The notes under the pieces: model-generated | Database searches by the model: none | What the model saw: the letters and a program-made list of their open reading frames with translations, nothing else | What the model was told of the DNA's origin: nothing | NCBI GenBank assembly: GCA_963924565.1 | Contig: OZ004612.1 | Span: 22,754,001 to 22,818,000 of the forward strand | Length of the DNA stretch: 64,000 nt | Reading direction: 5' to 3' | From: Ascidiella aspersa | Taxonomy: Eukaryota | Shown: positions 59,883 to 64,000 of the stretch, piece by piece | Layout of the letters: each line of letters starts with the position of its first letter | Numbering within the stretch: position 1 is the stretch's first letter | Position numbers and translations under genes: made by a program

Positions 59883-61625
59883 AAGCAACAATAAACTCGA
59901 TACAAAACACCAACAAAATTAAAGAGGTGAGACAACTGTAAGTTTAAAGTTTACAGTAACTTTAAATGTACAACATAGTTGTTTGGTAGATGAAGGCAAT
60001 GTCTCATGTAGTAGAACTATGAATGTTTTGAAAACTGCACGTAGGGCATGGAGTATTGTAACATAGAACACCGTCATGGTTTTATTTTCATAGCTAATTC
60101 CCTATAACACATTTTCAAATATTTAACTATACATGTTATAATCCAGGAAGGGAGCCCAGGATGTTACTTTAAAGCGAGACATTCTCTTGTGTTGCTCCAA
60201 TTCGTCGGGTTGGTGGGCTTCCAGTTTGTACGACACAATATTAGTATTATAGTACACGATGACGTCAATGCTACAAACAACTTTTCGTGCCCGGATCAAG
60301 GAAAAGGTTCAACCGACGAAGCTGGAACCGTGAGACCACTTTTGTACAAAAACTTATTAACATTTAATATTTGGATTTTTTTTTTAATATTCACCTTGAA
60401 GAAATTAGCTGGTAGGCCAACGAACCACTGACCCGCGGCTCACAAAGTGACCTACCACAGATTTTATTGACCCACTTGTCTCCCTAGATTAGATATACCG
60501 AAATGTTATCCATCATTTTTAGAAATATAAAAATGTAAAAAAACAATTTCTCGTTAGATAGCACTATATAAATCAGGGCTACCCAATCTATTGTTCGTGC
60601 AGAAGTGTTTTAGGGGTGACTACTGACGAGAAGGCCTACAATAACTGCACTTCAACGCCTGCAGAAAAGCCGACAACTACGCATTTTGTTTATTGCTGTA
60701 AAACGTGAAGGATAGCGATCCTTCAAGGGAAATTAAGAGCTCGCAGACTAAAAGTTCTCAGAATCTGATTAAACCATGTTGAAAAGATTTGTGCTGACCT
60801 CCTGTAATCCCATAAAAAATGCTGAAGAATTTGTTATCTATTCAGGTTCTTAATATTCTTGGGAATCCGAATTGGGAAACCGACCAAAAAACTTAAATTA
60901 CCAACCCAAATAAGAACACGTAAAACGACGCAACATTGAAGTTTCGCATAAATCCAGCATATAATTAAATAAAGGACCCAGTTGTCCCACTTGTGCAGTT
61001 TGTAAGGATGAAGGTCGTGTTTTTCACCCTCGCAATGTTGACGAATTGGTACTCCTTTTGTTGCCTATAGCTTCGAACTGCTTGTGGTTTTGAGAGTGCT
61101 GATCGGTGCATTTCAAGTAAGAAAGTTACGTAAAGGATTTTCTAAATTGGTATAATAGTTTTCGCATCTTTGTAATTTACGGTATCATTGCGAGGTATAT
61201 TTTTTAGCACCTTAGTTTCAGTATTTCTAATAAATTGTCTGACCCTGTATGTTCTATTCCAATTTACTGATAGGGTATTAACTTGCCAGGGCATGGTTGA
61301 TTCTTGGGGAGGCTCCGGTTTTGCAAAGGAGTTTTCTCGTTTTTTTTGTCTTTCCGGTAGTTCCATCTCAACCGTCTGATATCGGAAGTTATCGCTGAAG
61401 ATCTGGGTTGGGAAGCTGTTTTCTACTTTTCAGGTTTGTAAAATAACACTAGAATAATAAGTTTACCTGTTTAACTATAATTTCTCTATCTTTTTAGGTG
61501 GTAGGTATTTTATTTGGAGTGTCATATGGATTGTGTTGGCACAAAATACTCCAGAGGAACATCCAAGAATTTCAAAACAGGAACTTAACTACATTAATGC
61601 AACTTCAAATCATGACAAAGACGAT
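59883..61625 (+). pseudogene. Decayed tandem paralogue of the SLC17 gene
   Basis: Recognisable exon copies at 59883-59926, 60147-60329 (8 codons shorter), about 61040-61116 (only the 3' third remains), 61274-61433 (frameshifts, premature TGA) and 61498-61625. A transposon follows 10 nt into the next intron. Confidence 0.88.
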
Positions 61626-61635
61626 GTATTTTATG

Positions 61636-64000
61636 TAGGCCCATACTTGTCTTCTCAAAATGGAGATAAAGTTTTAAATCATTAATTTCGCGAGATTGTG
61701 GAAGAACAAACAATATAGTCAGGTCAATATATGGTTTCACTTCAAAAAAATTCCTACAAAAGGTTTTCCAACGGTTATGTGTAGTATTTAACATCAAGAA
61801 TAACATATTAAAAATCTAGGAGGATCGGCGCATCGGAAAGTTGTCATTTTTAAGATGGCTGCCAAAACAGTAGAATGACAATAATTCACATAATTTTCAT
61901 GCTATAGCTCTAATTTTGACGTCTGTTTCTAGGTTTTAGATGATAAGGAGGAATTCATTAAAATAAAATAAAATTAACTTGTTAGTTTAATGGAAACACT
62001 TATATCAAACAAAAATAATAGTGAAACATTGTCAGTGTAATAATCACACACCACTTATTAAGTTATTTGCATTAAGTTGCTTAATAAATCCTGGTCATCA
62101 TCTTCATCCAGTAAGGACTGATTGTACGTATTGTCACAGGCATCAAGTTGGCACTGTCCACATGCTGAGCTACAAGGTAGATTATTCTGCCTACAGCTGC
62201 ACCTGGCAGTGGTCCAGGCAGTTGTGCAGTTGCAGTGGATGATTTTCAAGAGGGAATCTGGGGCCGCATTCATGTCCGACTCTGTTGGCACAAACTGACT
62301 ACCTTCCAGTTTCCAAACCCACCCGCAAGTTTCCATATCACTCTCCTGTCCTAGCCAGACCATTATTTGGGAGTAAACCTTAGACAGTGAAATTTTGTTG
62401 ATGACCCAGTAGGTGGTAGGCATTCTGGTGTCACAAATAATTGGGAAGAGACTACATTTTTTCTTAATACTCTATAGCGCAACGAGAAGGGAATCCGTCC
62501 GCGTGCCCCCAAAAATCACAGCCATTGCTTGACAACCTTTGTTTGCAATGGATGCTGATGAACATTGTCAGCTGCAAATAAAAGTGTACTTTCGAGTGGG
62601 TCTATGTTCTCTGGAACAATGGAACTTGACGCTACACAATCAGCTGCATTATTTTCAAATCTCTGGACTTCTGTGTAACAAGAACAATATCCCATATTGT
62701 GTAACGTGTCAACAAGAAATCCCGACCTGTACAAATGATGTCCTTGAACAGCAAGACCAATTTGCAAGGGTGCAATCACCGCTCGTGGTCTAACAGCTTG
62801 GACAATAGCTTGGCCAATACATGCAACCTTTTGCTTTGTGTTTTCCTACAAATAAGGAACTCAACAGTGTTCGCAAAGTTTCAGGCAAGTACATTAGAGC
62901 AGGACCGAGATTGAGTGCGTCTGCGCTAGGGTAGTGATCATTAACAGATGGTACATCCTTTTTGATCTCACTTTTGATGAGCCTTGCCGCAGTTTTAATT
63001 ATTTCTCTCTTTTGTGACTCTTCATCATTCTCATGCCTTGTTTTTAGGTATTTAGATCGGAGGATTTCTGATGTTTTCTCTCTCATAGTAACAATGCCAT
63101 GAAGGCCCTGACCTTTAGCTATATAAACAGATTCACCGTATTGTTTCTGTAATTGGGTTTTCAGATATTCTGATCCATAAGGAAGGCAATCATAATTTGC
63201 TAAAAATTCATTCATTTTATATCTAAGGTCTGATATCGTTAACTGTTCTTCATCATTCTGTTCAAGATAGGAACAAATCTTTAGAAATGCCTGTTCCTGT
63301 TCCTCATCCTTCGGTCGCCCAGATTTTCGACGTTTTGCCTCAGGTACTTTGCCATATTGCAAGGGTACGTTAAATCCATATCTAAAATTAACACTACAAG
63401 AATGGTGGTATAAACAGTCTGCATCATGCAAATCGCTACCGTAATATTCAATACGACCTTTCACGGCGAATGACCAATCATCAGAACGTCTCTCACAACA
63501 CTCTAATATAGTCCTTGCAAAAACATCTGTTTTAACAAAACTAAAGCCAGGTCTGTCCGTGAGAACTCGAGCCCCACAAAATAAACAATCAGTCTTACTA
63601 TCAAAATTGCCATCAAGACTTCGAACACTTCGTTTCCTCGTGACGCAGGACCCACTTTCCTCTCTGTTCTTCTTAAGCTGTATATCGATGGGGTTGGTGT
63701 ACGGCAGTCTACTTTTCGACCAGCTGTCACAACAATGTTGTCCCCTCTATTAGTACTCCACACAGCACACGCACAAAATAGTTTTAAACTAAGAACATCA
63801 CTCATAAATTAACAACTTGCTAAACAACTAGCTGCTAATCTAAGATAACACTTGTAATGCGACAGGCCGAACTTAAAAATTTCCATCGTGACATAATAGG
63901 CTGTTTAGCAATCTAAAGCCTGGTGCGCACCTGTATCGAACGGCAGCTACGACACTGCGGGCGAGAAATTGAAAATTGTTTTACTTGACCGCAAAGCCGG
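61636..64000 (-). mobile_element. Academ-like (AcademX type) DNA transposon, internally deleted and frameshifted; the other end is beyond the window
   Basis: Minus-strand fragments read DCLFCG...DLHDADCLYHHSCSVNFR, AARLIKSEIK, IAPLQIGLAVQGHHLYRSGFLVDTLHNMGYCSCYTEVQRFE and FAADNV. After a junction they continue LRY...LPPT..KFH..VYSQIMVW..GW, then a Cys-rich tail CNCTTAWTTARCSCRQNNLPCSSACGQCQLDACDN. This matches the large transposase + XPG-like + Cys-finger protein architecture as I recall it. Non-gene sequence starts with TAG at 61636. Confidence 0.7.

Overview
This is eukaryotic, intron-containing, AT-rich animal genomic DNA. The compact GT-AG introns, gene families and MITE load suggest an invertebrate chordate such as an ascidian; that assignment is inference only. 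I reconstructed five spliced genes by hand, with consistent exon phases: (1) the last three exons of an SLCO/OATP transporter (+, 319-5238); (2) a complete 9-exon alpha-arrestin (ARRDC/TXNIP family; -, 7390-14787, 363 aa); (3) a 4-coding-exon BTB/POZ protein with a long disordered tail and no recognisable second domain (-, 20904-24725, 648 aa), behind a GC-rich TATA promoter and a uORF-rich leader; (4) a complete 9-exon secreted cobalamin-binding protein (-, 36527-48006, 451 aa) with transcobalamin-type signatures, including the H-x-x-D motif; (5) a 10-exon SLC17/sialin-like MFS transporter (+, 52001-58031, about 505 aa). A decayed tandem SLC17 paralogue follows and is interrupted by an internally deleted Academ-like DNA transposon that runs off the window end. 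Introns and spacers hold many hAT MITEs with 8-bp TSDs, nested insertions, Chapaev3 and hAT transposase relics and an RTE LINE tail. I found no prokaryotic features, CRISPR, tRNA or rRNA. I cannot claim a clearly new multi-gene system. The best leads are the full-length transcobalamin-like protein, the orphan BTB protein with its uORF and bZIP-site control region, and the divergent SLC17 locus.
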